A DNA stretch of 64,000 nt from a bacterium (GCA_030697645.1 JAUYPI010000014.1:12136-76135); one strand, 5' to 3'. Positions 8,828 through 18,688 are shown, counted from the stretch's first letter. Program-made: numbers and translations. The notes: a model not told the origin generated them from the letters alone.

Positions 8828-10120
8828 TTATTGTACACCCCCGTCGCTCCTTAAAAAATCCTCGACAAACCGCGCTGCGCTCACGGAGTGGCCGTCAAGC
8901 GTCCCCCACCGCTCGAAGATGCACGTGCGAAGTGTCTCCATCGCGACGCACACGGAGGGCAGTCGTCCCGTGAGTTCACTAAGGGGTTCGCCCCTGTAGA
9001 CAATGCCGATCCCAAGCCGCTCGATCATTTTATTATTAAAATAAATCTCCGGATCATCTACCGGATCAAACGCGGGAACGACGATCGGGACACCTGTCGT
9101 AAGCGAGAGCCAGATCGAGCCCCATCCCGCACGAGCAAATTGAAACACGATGTTCGAATCGACAATGACGTCCGGCGGCATACGCATGCTGCCGGGAGGG
9201 ACTCCCTCGGTAGTGCTATAAATCGCGAGGCCCAGGTCCGTAGCCTCAGTATACAACCTCTCTAACCCCGCTATGCCGGTCACCGTTACGAGGATGCCGG
9301 GCTTCTCGAGCGGCGCGGCGGTCTTGGGCTGCTGCGAGGTGAGCGGCGGAGTAAGAAAGGTTGTAGGTTGTAGGTGGTAGGTGGTAGGTGGTAGGTCGCC
9401 CGTGAACCCCGTTAGAGAACTCACACAGGGCATCGAATCCCGTGTGTGTATTGAGCCGCTAGACCCCGCGGCTTGCCGCGCGGCATTCTCGAGCGGGGTG
9501 AACGTGCCGGGGAAGCCGACGGCGTGCATACGCTGTCCCTGCTCTACCCATTCTGCGGACTCGATTCCCTGCTGAAGCACATCCGCGGGAATCGCAATCG
9601 CGCCCGGCGGCTCTCGGAGCGCACGGGTGAAAATATCCGAAAGAAAACCAAATGTAGTCGAATACGCCGGTGCGATATCAAAACGAAGTCGCGGCGAGCG
9701 GCTCATCTCGATAATAATCTGTCGGCCGTCGACCACGCGCTCCGTACCGTCAAATGCGTGCACGGCGAAAGTGCCGGAGAGGTGCTCGTGCGCGCGCGCT
9801 GCCGTGTCTCTCACTCGCTCAATCCAGCGCGCAAGCGAGACGGCATAGTCGGCCGTGCCGTCATAAAAAATTTCCCGGAGCATCATGCCGAGATTCTCGT
9901 CGAGCACAATCTCCTCCGGCCGCGCGCGGAGAAAGGAGGCGAACTCCTCGCGCATCACCGCGCGCTGTCGCTCGCCATAGACGAGCGGCACGATAATCGC
10001 CGAGCGCTCTCTCCCCCGCCGCTCGAGCTCGTCATTGAACGCAATCGCCAGCTCGGTCGTATGCAGGTACGGCCCGGTGCCGTAGGCGAAATTCGTCACT
10101 ATATACTGACGCGATGGCAT
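8828..10120 (-). CDS. GT-B fold glycosyltransferase-like protein carrying two in-frame repeat insertions
   Basis: YGTGP N-terminus; FARAGWGSIW..L..GVPIVV.....PE...N..IERLGIG C-terminal signature. Confidence 0.6.
   Translation of the reverse strand: MPSRQYIVTNFAYGTGPYLHTTELAIAFNDELERRGRERSAIIVPLVYGERQRAVMREEFASFLRARPEEIVLDENLGMMLREIFYDGTADYAVSLARWIERVRDTAARAHEHLSGTFAVHAFDGTERVVDGRQIIIEMSRSPRLRFDIAPAYSTTFGFLSDIFTRALREPPGAIAIPADVLQQGIESAEWVEQGQRMHAVGFPGTFTPLENAARQAAGSSGSIHTRDSMPCVSSLTGFTGDLPPTTYHLQPTTFLTPPLTSQQPKTAAPLEKPGILVTVTGIAGLERLYTEATDLGLAIYSTTEGVPPGSMRMPPDVIVDSNIVFQFARAGWGSIWLSLTTGVPIVVPAFDPVDDPEIYFNNKMIERLGIGIVYRGEPLSELTGRLPSVCVAMETLRTCIFERWGTLDGHSVSAARFVEDFLRSDGGVQ
9358..9396. repeat. 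Tandem heptamer (AGGTKGT)x5 within the CDS
   Basis: AGGTTGT x2, AGGTGGT x3, AGGT; encodes LPPTTYHLQPTT. Confidence 0.9.
9407..9498. mobile_element. 92-bp MITE-like element with terminal inverted repeats and 4-bp TSD, inserted in frame
   Basis: Ends CCCCGTTAGAGAA / TTCTCGAGCGGGG (11 of 13 complementary); TGAA at 9403-9406 and 9499-9502; 92+4=96 nt. Confidence 0.8.
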
Positions 10121-10147
10121 GGCAAGATGTAGCCTTCTAACCGCAAC

Positions 10148-11896
10148 TCACAACATCCGATAGTCTACGCCCACAACCTTCATGACTTCATCACGCTGAT
10201 AGAGCGCCCAGGGATCAAACAGGAGGACGCCCGCGCGCGAGAGCGCGAGGAGTTTGCGGATCGGGAGCGAGCGGAGTGCGCGATGATTCGTCATCACGAT
10301 AACTGCGTCGGCGTCGCGGAACACCTCGGCGCTCGTGCGCGCGACCTCAATGCCGAGCGCGGCGATCTCGGGTCGCGCGACCACCGGGTCGTAACCGACA
10401 ATCGTCACGCCACGCTCTTTTCGCAAGAGAGCGACAAGCTCGAGTGTCGGCGATCCACGCATGTCTGAGGTCGGCGGCTCGCCTTTGAATGCAAGGCCGA
10501 GAACGCCGACGCGGAGCGCTCCTCTGCCTCGCGCCTTCCGCCGCGCGCGGAGAAATGCGCGGATTTCGTCCGCAACGACGGTAAGAATCGCGACGTTCGT
10601 CTCCCGCGCATCTCGAGCAAGCAGGGGAGTATATTCGCGCGCGTGTGCGGAGGCGATATAGAGAAACGGGTCTTTCTCGAGGCAGTAGCCGCCGACGCCG
10701 GGGGATGGCCGCGGCACCATCGAGCGCGGGTAGCCAGTGTTTGCCGCAGAAATCACCCGCTGTGTATCAATGCCCCATCTGCGACAAATCAACGATACCT
10801 CGTTTGCAAACGCAAACGTAACATCGCGGTAGGTATTATTAACGAGCTTGACCATCTCTGCCTCTTCAAGTGTGTCTACGATTATCACCGTATCGGTCAT
10901 GAGATTAAAAATCGCCGCAGCCGCGTTCGTGCTTGCTCGATTGATTCCACCAACGACCTGCGGGAGAGAGCGGAGCTCGGACAGCGCCTGGCCTTCTACT
11001 GTGCGCTCCGGCGCAAACGCAACAAAAAAATCCTCGCCTGCCTTAAGGCCGGAGCGCTTCTCAAGAGTTGGCACTACAACATCGCGCGTCGTGCCAAGCG
11101 GAACGGTAGAGCGGAGGATAACGCTGTCGCCGCGCTTGAGAACGCGGCCGACTGCGTTCGCGGCATCCTTCAGGTGTGCGAGCTGCGGACGCTGCTCTCT
11201 ATCAAGCGGTGTCCCCACTGCGATGATGTAGACATCTGCGAGACTACGCTCGTCGAGGCTCGTGAGCACGCTGAATCGCTTGCCGACATGATCAGTAAGC
11301 AAATCCTCTATGCCTTCCTCAAAGAACGGCGCTTTTTTACGTCGCACGAGGGCCGTGAGTTCCGCGTTCGTGTCAAAGCCCACGACGCGAAAGCCGAGAT
11401 CAGCGAACGTAAGCGCGAGCGTGAGACCGACGTAGCCGAGGCCGATAACAGCGACACGCTTTGCCCGGACGTCCGCAGCGAGCCAGAGCTCGTGGAACCA
11501 CACGATATCTATCGGCCGCCCGTCTCGATCAATAACGACTATTTTTTCAAAGTGCTTCTTCTGCCACCCTCCCTCTCTCATACGCGCGACCACCTGCTCA
11601 AAGAGTGCTGCCGGTTCCTCCCGGCCCCGTACCGTAAACGGCTGCGGGTTCATCACGCTCTTAAGCGGCTCGTCCGAGGTCGCGCCGCGGCCGAGAGCCC
11701 GACGGATGTCACCGTCGGTCGCAATACCGACGAGCTTACCCGTCTCATCAACAACCAGCACAATCCCGCCGGGCAATTCCGACACTCCCGGATCCTGCCG
11801 ATTCATCAGCGCAAGCGCCTGCCCGAGCGTCTGGTCGTAGGATAGTATAAGCGAATCTATAGATTTTTTCGTCTGCTCCATACGCAAAAAACTCAC
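10148..11896 (-). CDS. CBS-domain + nucleotide-sugar dehydrogenase (WecC/TviB-like) fusion
   Basis: LVGIATDGDIRR CBS motif; IGLGYVGL, IAVGTP, LRSTV, APER, KLVNN, PGVGGYC; alternative ATG at 11881. Confidence 0.9.
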   Translation of the reverse strand: MSFLRMEQTKKSIDSLILSYDQTLGQALALMNRQDPGVSELPGGIVLVVDETGKLVGIATDGDIRRALGRGATSDEPLKSVMNPQPFTVRGREEPAALFEQVVARMREGGWQKKHFEKIVVIDRDGRPIDIVWFHELWLAADVRAKRVAVIGLGYVGLTLALTFADLGFRVVGFDTNAELTALVRRKKAPFFEEGIEDLLTDHVGKRFSVLTSLDERSLADVYIIAVGTPLDREQRPQLAHLKDAANAVGRVLKRGDSVILRSTVPLGTTRDVVVPTLEKRSGLKAGEDFFVAFAPERTVEGQALSELRSLPQVVGGINRASTNAAAAIFNLMTDTVIIVDTLEEAEMVKLVNNTYRDVTFAFANEVSLICRRWGIDTQRVISAANTGYPRSMVPRPSPGVGGYCLEKDPFLYIASAHAREYTPLLARDARETNVAILTVVADEIRAFLRARRKARGRGALRVGVLGLAFKGEPPTSDMRGSPTLELVALLRKERGVTIVGYDPVVARPEIAALGIEVARTSAEVFRDADAVIVMTNHRALRSLPIRKLLALSRAGVLLFDPWALYQRDEVMKVVGVDYRML

Positions 11897-12621
11897 AACT
11901 CCCCGCGCTCTTTGAGTGATCGGTAGATCGCCTCAGCGACTAGAAAATCAGTCGCGCTGTTGATATCCACCGAGCGCTCGTGCGGCATGATGTATGGTAG
12001 CACTTTTTCTCCCCACACTCTCCCCAGCTCCATGACGACCGAGCGTCTCGCCGCGTAGAGCCCGCCGTTTCGCTTATAGACCGACTCGAAATCCTGCCTA
12101 CGGGAGGTCGTAAGCTCCTCGGTACCCGAGACATATTGCTCAAGGAAACCATCGGCGCGCACTCGCTTCATCTTCACCGGGTGAAAATCTCTCACTTCAT
12201 ATACACTGACAATAGAGTCTGCCTCGCGGCGCGCGACAAGCATCTCGAGCGCCTCGTCAATATCGGCGGCGGTAAGAAATGGTGTCGTTGCGTGGAGCTG
12301 CACCACATAGTCTACCGCGCGCCCCATCTCGCGCTCAATCTCGCTCGTCGCATGTTGGAGCATGGGGACATCCGGGGTCGTATCAAGTGCAAGCTCCACT
12401 GGCCTCCGAAGCGCGACTTCCCTGCCTCCCAAAGAAGCAGCGATATCGAGCACCTCCTCGTCCTCGGAAGAAACAACGACGCGGCTGAGACTCGAGCTCG
12501 CCAGTGCCGAGCGCAGCATGTGCGCAAGGAGCGGCACGCCGCCAAGCGGCTTGATATTCTTCCGCGGCACGCTCTTGGACCCTCCGCGCGCGGGTATAAC
12601 GGCGAGTATATATGGGTTCAT
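11893..12621 (-). CDS. neuA: Acylneuraminate (CMP-nonulosonate) cytidylyltransferase, copy 1
   Basis: IPARGGSKSVPRKN, RPVELA.D, TTPF, RNGGLY, SVDIN. Confidence 0.85.
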   Translation of the reverse strand: MNPYILAVIPARGGSKSVPRKNIKPLGGVPLLAHMLRSALASSSLSRVVVSSEDEEVLDIAASLGGREVALRRPVELALDTTPDVPMLQHATSEIEREMGRAVDYVVQLHATTPFLTAADIDEALEMLVARREADSIVSVYEVRDFHPVKMKRVRADGFLEQYVSGTEELTTSRRQDFESVYKRNGGLYAARRSVVMELGRVWGEKVLPYIMPHERSVDINSATDFLVAEAIYRSLKERGEL

Positions 12622-12675
12622 ATAAACAACATCCCTCAACCAAACAATACGCATCCACGCTCTTGTGACAGCGCT

Positions 12676-12703
12676 TTGGAAATTGGGTATTGGAAATTGG
12701 AAA
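12676..12703. repeat. Tandem heptamer TTGGAAA-type x4 directly after a stop codon
   Basis: TTGGAAA TTGGGTA TTGGAAA TTGGAAA. Confidence 0.8.
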
Positions 12704-13447
12704 TTAAAATCTGTACCCTTTTCGCTTCAAATTCTCAAGCATCCACTCCGCTTTGAGCCAATCAAGCGGTTCGTCTATGTCCACCGAGCGCTCCCGCGGC
12801 ACGACATGTCCGACGACGCTCTCTCCATACAATCGTCCAGCCATGATAGTATCACGCCGCATGGCGTAGACTGCGCCGCTCCTGCGATATGCGGTCGGCA
12901 GATCCTGGCGACGCGCACCTTCCGGTTCTGCCATGGTGTACGGAAGCACGCGACCGTTCTCGATCCGCTTTGCCTTCACCGGATGGTCCGCGTTGGCGAC
13001 TTCGACGAGCGTCACCGCGCTCTCCGCCCCGCTCTCAATCAAGATTCGGAGCGTCTCGTCAATGTCCTCCGGCGTGCGAAACGGCGAGGTCGGTTGGAGT
13101 ATCACGGCATAATCGAACTTCCTGCCCTCACGCTCCTCCATAAAGGAAATCGCGTGCTGCATCACCGGCACGTGTGGTGCGTGATCAGTCGCAAGCTCGG
13201 CCGGGCGTACGAATGGCACCTTTCCGCCACAAGTCCGCGCGACGTCCGCGATCTCTTCGCTGTCTGTTGAAACGATGCAATGCGTGAGAAACGTGCTGCC
13301 TCGGGCCGCCTCGATTGAAAAAGCAATTAGGGGTTTGCCGCCGAGCGGCTTTATATTTTTCCCAGGAATGCCCTTTGAGCCGCCCCGTGCCGTAATGACG
13401 CCGAGGATCACGCGCTGCTTAAGAAAAGGTGTCGTTTTCGCGTTCAT
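12704..13447 (-). CDS. neuA: Acylneuraminate cytidylyltransferase, copy 2
   Basis: ITARGGSKGIPGKN, VSTD, VPFVRPAELATD, LQPTSPFR, SVDID. Confidence 0.9.
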   Translation of the reverse strand: MNAKTTPFLKQRVILGVITARGGSKGIPGKNIKPLGGKPLIAFSIEAARGSTFLTHCIVSTDSEEIADVARTCGGKVPFVRPAELATDHAPHVPVMQHAISFMEEREGRKFDYAVILQPTSPFRTPEDIDETLRILIESGAESAVTLVEVANADHPVKAKRIENGRVLPYTMAEPEGARRQDLPTAYRRSGAVYAMRRDTIMAGRLYGESVVGHVVPRERSVDIDEPLDWLKAEWMLENLKRKGYRF

Positions 13448-13449
13448 AC

Positions 13450-14334
13450 TCAATTCAAAAAAACAGAAGGAAGAATCCCTATAAACATTAATAGCGTTGC
13501 TATCGCTCGGCGGCCCATTTCTCTCTCTTCGAGAAATTTGCCCGCTATAACCACTGTCCATAGCGCTTGGAGCCTTTTCAGGCTTGATGCGTATGCTACG
13601 AGAGAGTAATGTAACGCCTGGTTTGTTAACACAACGCCCACACTGCTAAACAATGAAATAAGCATATGCGCCTTGCAATGCTGCGTAAAAGATTCGATAA
13701 CGGTGGTGGTAAATTTCCGATCGTACATCATATTGATTACATAGGTAAGAATGCCAAGCGATGTAAAAATAAAAAAAGTTGCGAACAGCGCCGAGGATCG
13801 CACGACTGCAATTTTATCAAAAGGAAAGGAAGCGGCAAAAAGAACAGAACCGATAAGCCCATATGCAACCCCTCTATCCTTTATCGAGGATTGCCTGTTC
13901 TGATATCTAAAAATTTTGCCTCCACCAAGTAAAAACCAGAGACCCGACATCGTTATAAAAATTCCAACAACACCGGCCAAAGACGGTTTCTCATTTAAAA
14001 ACAAAAATCCAGTAAAAATGACTAGCGGTGGGATAATGAGACGTAGAGGCGCAATAAGAGACGCATCACTCAACTTAAAAGCCCGAACAAATAAGTTCTG
14101 TGATATTAAATTTAAAAAACCCGTTATAGCGACAGCGGACCAAAAACCGTCCTCAATCTCTGGAATCCCAACCAGGACAAGAATTGGTAATAACAATATT
14201 CCGGTGAGAAACAAAGTAATGACGAGGAGCGCCTGATCGTTCAGACCATCTTTCAGATGCTTCCTTCTCAAAACATCGCTAATGCCGAGCGCAAAAGTAC
14301 CGCTTAACATTAATGCAAGAAAGAGAATCGTCAT
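13450..14334 (-). CDS. EamA/DMT family transporter
   Basis: About 10 hydrophobic segments in two repeats, SDASLIAPL..FL.EK motif; AT-rich. Confidence 0.85.
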   Translation of the reverse strand: MTILFLALMLSGTFALGISDVLRRKHLKDGLNDQALLVITLFLTGILLLPILVLVGIPEIEDGFWSAVAITGFLNLISQNLFVRAFKLSDASLIAPLRLIIPPLVIFTGFLFLNEKPSLAGVVGIFITMSGLWFLLGGGKIFRYQNRQSSIKDRGVAYGLIGSVLFAASFPFDKIAVVRSSALFATFFIFTSLGILTYVINMMYDRKFTTTVIESFTQHCKAHMLISLFSSVGVVLTNQALHYSLVAYASSLKRLQALWTVVIAGKFLEEREMGRRAIATLLMFIGILPSVFLN

Positions 14335-14369
14335 AACTTTCCATTCCTACATGCCCGCCCACTGATAAT

Positions 14370-15740
14370 CTATAACACAACGCGTGGTGCAATAGTGACA
14401 CAAATTTCTATCATGTCAACGAGCCGTTTGTAGGCCGTCCCGTCGGCGCGAGGCATGAGCTGCTCTCGCGCCCGAGAGCGCTCAACCGCACCGAGTGACG
14501 GATCAGTGAGATGAGCATTAAGCGCGGTCATCAAGTCCTCGGGGCTCCTCACCAGCCGCACGGCGCCGCTCTCAAGAAGCGGCACATAGTGCCTATGAGA
14601 ATAGCCGCGCGCGTAGCGATCCGGGTAACAGATGTTCACGACGGGCGTGTCGCAGAGAATCGCTTCGATCGAGAGTGTTGAGCGGTAGTTGGTATTGACG
14701 TCAGCGTAGCGAAGTGTTGCCGTAAGATTGGCGATATCTTCCTCGTCGAGCTCAACCGCGCTACCGGCAGCCGTAGCGCGCCGTTTGCCCGCCGCCTCGA
14801 GATGAAAATTCCTGGGTGGCGAGGCAAGAAGTGACGCGAACCTCCTACCGTCTTCCTTCGGGTGCAAGCGCACGAAGATATTCGGGTAGCCCGCGAACAC
14901 GCCCCGCTCGCGCGCCGCAAGGATGTCCGCAAGCACCAGGTGCTCTTCGGGATAGTTGCCGTCCGTTATCGTCGTGAGTAAAATCATTTTTTCACGCGGG
15001 TCGAGATTTTTACTCCGCAAGAATTCCTCGCGCGTCGGGAGCGAGCGCTGCGGCGAGATGTGGTTGTCAAACCGTACCGGCCCGGAAATAAACACGTTCT
15101 CCGGCACATAGCCGTACTCGCGTACTGCGACCCCCTTCATGTGATCATTCCAAAGACAGAGGTAGTCCGTCCGACGAAAATGAACGCCGCCGTTGTGGAG
15201 ATTATCCCAATTAAAATTGATCGCCGCGGTCGGCGCGCAGTACTTCCTCGCGTACACCACCGCCTCCGCATCAAAATGGTTGAAACCGGGGGAGCACGTG
15301 AGAATAATCGCGGGCTCATAGCGGCGGAGCAGCTCCTCCCACGCTCGATTGCGCGGCACAAGGAGCGTTTCAAGCCATGTAAAAAGGTCGTTCGTAATCC
15401 AGCACTGCGGCAGCGCATACGAGAGCGTCCGCAGCGCGCGACGTCGCCAGTCGCGCATGCCCTTCAGCCTGTTGCGCGCGACAACGGGTTCAAAGTCGTA
15501 CTTTCGGATCATCGAGTAACGAAGAAGCTTACCGAAGAGGATCCAAAATTTCGGATGCTGAATCGCCCGCTCGATGTAGGTGAGGTTCGAGAGCGCGGGA
15601 TACGGCGCACCACCGGCGAGGGCGCCCGGCGCAAGAAACGCCAACACATGGAACCGTGCCGCAAGCTCAACAATAAATCGCGTCCGAAGCAAATCCGACG
15701 CATACGCATTATTAGAAATGAAGAGAAAAACGGTTTGCAT
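14370..15740 (-). CDS. WDNL-motif GT-B/TagF-like protein, paralog 1
   Basis: NWDNL, G.VRFD, VRLHP, STLSIEA...DTPVVN. Confidence 0.7.
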   Translation of the reverse strand: MQTVFLFISNNAYASDLLRTRFIVELAARFHVLAFLAPGALAGGAPYPALSNLTYIERAIQHPKFWILFGKLLRYSMIRKYDFEPVVARNRLKGMRDWRRRALRTLSYALPQCWITNDLFTWLETLLVPRNRAWEELLRRYEPAIILTCSPGFNHFDAEAVVYARKYCAPTAAINFNWDNLHNGGVHFRRTDYLCLWNDHMKGVAVREYGYVPENVFISGPVRFDNHISPQRSLPTREEFLRSKNLDPREKMILLTTITDGNYPEEHLVLADILAARERGVFAGYPNIFVRLHPKEDGRRFASLLASPPRNFHLEAAGKRRATAAGSAVELDEEDIANLTATLRYADVNTNYRSTLSIEAILCDTPVVNICYPDRYARGYSHRHYVPLLESGAVRLVRSPEDLMTALNAHLTDPSLGAVERSRAREQLMPRADGTAYKRLVDMIEICVTIAPRVVL

Positions 15741-15790
15741 AATTTCTGGGTGCCACTATACTACTGCGATGTTTCCTACGGGAGCGCGTT

Positions 15791-16444
15791 TTAATAGGGA
15801 AGATTATGGATGATACACCCAAACAGCATCGTATGGTGGCTTATGATTCGAACGTCCTTGTGCCTCTGTTCAGCACATAGTCTCATGTCGTATTTTGTAT
15901 AATAATAGTGTTTTGGACAGCGTTGGGAAATGAGATAGAGCATGTGCAGTAATCTCAGTAATGAAAATTTCTTCTCGGAAAAAGTGAATACAAAATACTC
16001 GCTTTTTAAGTTTTTAAACAGCGCGACAATTTCCTCTGCAGTGAGATAATCCAGAAAACCAAGACCTACGGTAATATCCGCTTTTGGAAGATGTATGCTG
16101 TTCGCGTCCCCCTCAATAAACGCGAGCCCTCCGGTAATGTCTAATTCTTTCTGGAGTCTCCTGGCGCGCTCGATGGCCCTGCGAGAAACATCAACTCCGA
16201 CGATGCTGTGCGGTCCGGCTTCCCGACGCATCCGAAATGCAAAATAGCCCGAGCCGCACCCCAGCTCCAAAACTGATTTATTTCGCGCATTCTTTTTTAG
16301 GATATCCAGACACAACTCGCTCCGCACCTTGAGAGGTTTTCGAAACTTCGAGGCGAGCGTTTCGACAAATGAAAGACCTTCGCTCGAGGAGAGCGAATCT
16401 TCCCACGCAATAATTTTGTTATCCCAGTATTCCCTACTGTCCAT
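15791..16444 (-). CDS. Class I SAM-dependent methyltransferase
   Basis: VLELGCGSG, GVDVS. Confidence 0.85.
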   Translation of the reverse strand: MDSREYWDNKIIAWEDSLSSSEGLSFVETLASKFRKPLKVRSELCLDILKKNARNKSVLELGCGSGYFAFRMRREAGPHSIVGVDVSRRAIERARRLQKELDITGGLAFIEGDANSIHLPKADITVGLGFLDYLTAEEIVALFKNLKSEYFVFTFSEKKFSLLRLLHMLYLISQRCPKHYYYTKYDMRLCAEQRHKDVRIISHHTMLFGCIIHNLPY

Positions 16445-17270
16445 AATAATAATCCTGAAATGAAGTAAAGGTGTGCGCCTGCAATAGTGTTCGTGCCATT
16501 TTTTGTATGTTGCTGGTATACGGCAGACAGAACGGATTTTTTAAAAGCAATTTCATCTTAAACGGAATTGAGGCTATCTCTTTTGTCTCATAGAGCTGCC
16601 AGGGATGTATAAATAAAATGGCAGGAATTCCCCGCTCATTTAGTTTTCTTATAAAATAAGAGGTGCCTCTCGCTTTCAAAAGCGCCATAAAAAGACCGCT
16701 TCCGATCGGTATCGAACGGAGCAAGAGGCTCATCGTCAAATTTTTTGGAAGCTCTTTTGAAACGCTGGCTTTACGATACGCGACAATCGAGACGGGTATC
16801 TCGTCTATCCCTTCATAATTAAAAACTGCATATGCATCGTACGTTGAAGAAGAGTACTTAAAACCGTATTTTTTCAAATACCGCCACGAGTCTGGCGGGA
16901 GATACATCAGAGGAGCGCGAAACCCTTTAGGATTAAATTTTTTTATAAATTTTTTTGAAAGAACCAACTCCCGCTCTAGAATCGCCGCTTTCGTTAAAAG
17001 GGGATGGGTGTGTGTATGATACGCGATTTCATGGCCCCTATTTTGTATCTCCTCAACCGCACGAGGGTGCCAATCATATATCTCAGCGACTATAAAGAAG
17101 GTCGCTTTCTGTTCAAACTCGTCAAGTACATCCAGTATTTTTTCTATTGCGTGCCGGATATAGCCGTCGTCCATTATCTTTCTCTCGTCAGAGGATGTTT
17201 TTTTAATCTTAAGCGCATCCTCATAGAAATGTATCCACGACTCCGTATCAATTGAGAGAATATTTTTCAT
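16434..17270 (-). CDS. Polysaccharide deacetylase family protein
   Basis: SIDTE, KATFF, GHEIAYHTHTH, GFRAP, FIHPWQ. Confidence 0.85.
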   Translation of the reverse strand: MKNILSIDTESWIHFYEDALKIKKTSSDERKIMDDGYIRHAIEKILDVLDEFEQKATFFIVAEIYDWHPRAVEEIQNRGHEIAYHTHTHPLLTKAAILERELVLSKKFIKKFNPKGFRAPLMYLPPDSWRYLKKYGFKYSSSTYDAYAVFNYEGIDEIPVSIVAYRKASVSKELPKNLTMSLLLRSIPIGSGLFMALLKARGTSYFIRKLNERGIPAILFIHPWQLYETKEIASIPFKMKLLLKNPFCLPYTSNIQKMARTLLQAHTFTSFQDYYYGQ

Positions 17271-17335
17271 CTTTTACTCACAAGATACTGCGGCCGCTCG
17301 GTCTATGTGCGCAGATATCGAGACGAGACTATCGC

Positions 17336-18688
17336 TTACTTCTTCTTCGCAACGATGACTGCTTGCGTGAGCAGTATGGGCCAAATAATTTTTTGCTCGA
17401 TAATAGTCCCGTGTTCCTTAACAGTCGTTTCGACTTCGTGCATGGTGAGTGGACGTTCATCGTGATATATCCACTTCCCAACGAGGACGGCGACGCGCCT
17501 CGCAAAACGGTATAAGAGTGTCGGGGTCGGGAAAGCGATGATTGCGAGCCCTCCAGAAGAAAGCAGACTGAAGTGGCCTACAATAGCACGTTTGGTATCT
17601 TCCGGAGAAAAATGCTCTATGAGCCCGACACTAAACACGAGGTCAGCTTGCGGTTCGTTCTGTACGACTAAAACATCGGCTCTATGAAGAAAGGTGCCTG
17701 TATCGGAACCAAACTTGTCTTCAAATTTTTTAAGACTTACGTCGTTATTGTCAACAACATGATATTCTTTCGGGCTAAACCTATCTTTTATGAGCGAGTA
17801 GAAACAACTGTCACCGCCGCCGAGCTCAACAACCCTCATAGTATGAGGGTAGGAAATATATTTTTGTATGAAGTCAACTAAGACCTTGCTCTTGGTTTTT
17901 CGAAAAAATTTAATGTATATCGGCGCTGAGCGCTGTTCGTTATAATATGAATTCCAATCCGTCCTTCTCTGTCCATATTTGCCCATGACAATATTTTTTT
18001 TTACGGTAAAAAGCTCAAGGAGGGTACGCATATAGGACGTTACGCGGACCTTGGATTCTTTGCTCGCTTTGTACGTTATGGGTACTTCTTTTATTTTCAA
18101 TCCGGCTTGAGTCGCTATTGCTAATATTTCAATATCAAAACCCCAGCCATCTAGTGTCTGGAGTCCAAAGAGTGTACGCGCAGCCTCCTCGTTAAACATC
18201 TTAAAACCTCTCTGGCTGTCTCTGATAGACCAGCCCATAACTAGGGGTATTGCGATTTTAGACAAAGATCCAAGGAAAAAACGATAATCACACAGATCCA
18301 GTCGAGCGGATAAAAGACCGGTTGAGCCGATCACGACATCGTATCCCTGGATGATATGCTCCAAAAACTCGTCTAAGTATTCAAGAGATATCTGGCCATC
18401 GGCATCTATAAAAAATCTAACACCCCCTGACGCAGCCAGCATGCCGGTTTTTACCGCAGCGCCCTTGCCCCGATTGTGGCCGTGCGAAATTAACTTTATG
18501 TCTGACGAATTAAAATTTTTCCTTAACACTCCGGCCGTGCCGTCCGTGGAACCGTCATCGACCACGATTATCTCATTCGTGTAGCCGCGCTCTAAAAAGT
18601 ATCTGTGGATGGCAGAGACAGTTTTCACTATATTCTCCGCTTCGTTGTACACAGGAATGACGGCCGAAATATACGATTGTACCCTCAT
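17336..18688 (-). CDS. Polyprenyl-phosphate glycosyltransferase (GT2) fused to a class I methyltransferase
   Basis: VIPVYNE, VDDGSTD, NRGKG, DAD, DSQRGFKMF, GWGFDIE; then ELGGG, FSVGLIEHF. Confidence 0.85.
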   Translation of the reverse strand: MRVQSYISAVIPVYNEAENIVKTVSAIHRYFLERGYTNEIIVVDDGSTDGTAGVLRKNFNSSDIKLISHGHNRGKGAAVKTGMLAASGGVRFFIDADGQISLEYLDEFLEHIIQGYDVVIGSTGLLSARLDLCDYRFFLGSLSKIAIPLVMGWSIRDSQRGFKMFNEEAARTLFGLQTLDGWGFDIEILAIATQAGLKIKEVPITYKASKESKVRVTSYMRTLLELFTVKKNIVMGKYGQRRTDWNSYYNEQRSAPIYIKFFRKTKSKVLVDFIQKYISYPHTMRVVELGGGDSCFYSLIKDRFSPKEYHVVDNNDVSLKKFEDKFGSDTGTFLHRADVLVVQNEPQADLVFSVGLIEHFSPEDTKRAIVGHFSLLSSGGLAIIAFPTPTLLYRFARRVAVLVGKWIYHDERPLTMHEVETTVKEHGTIIEQKIIWPILLTQAVIVAKKK

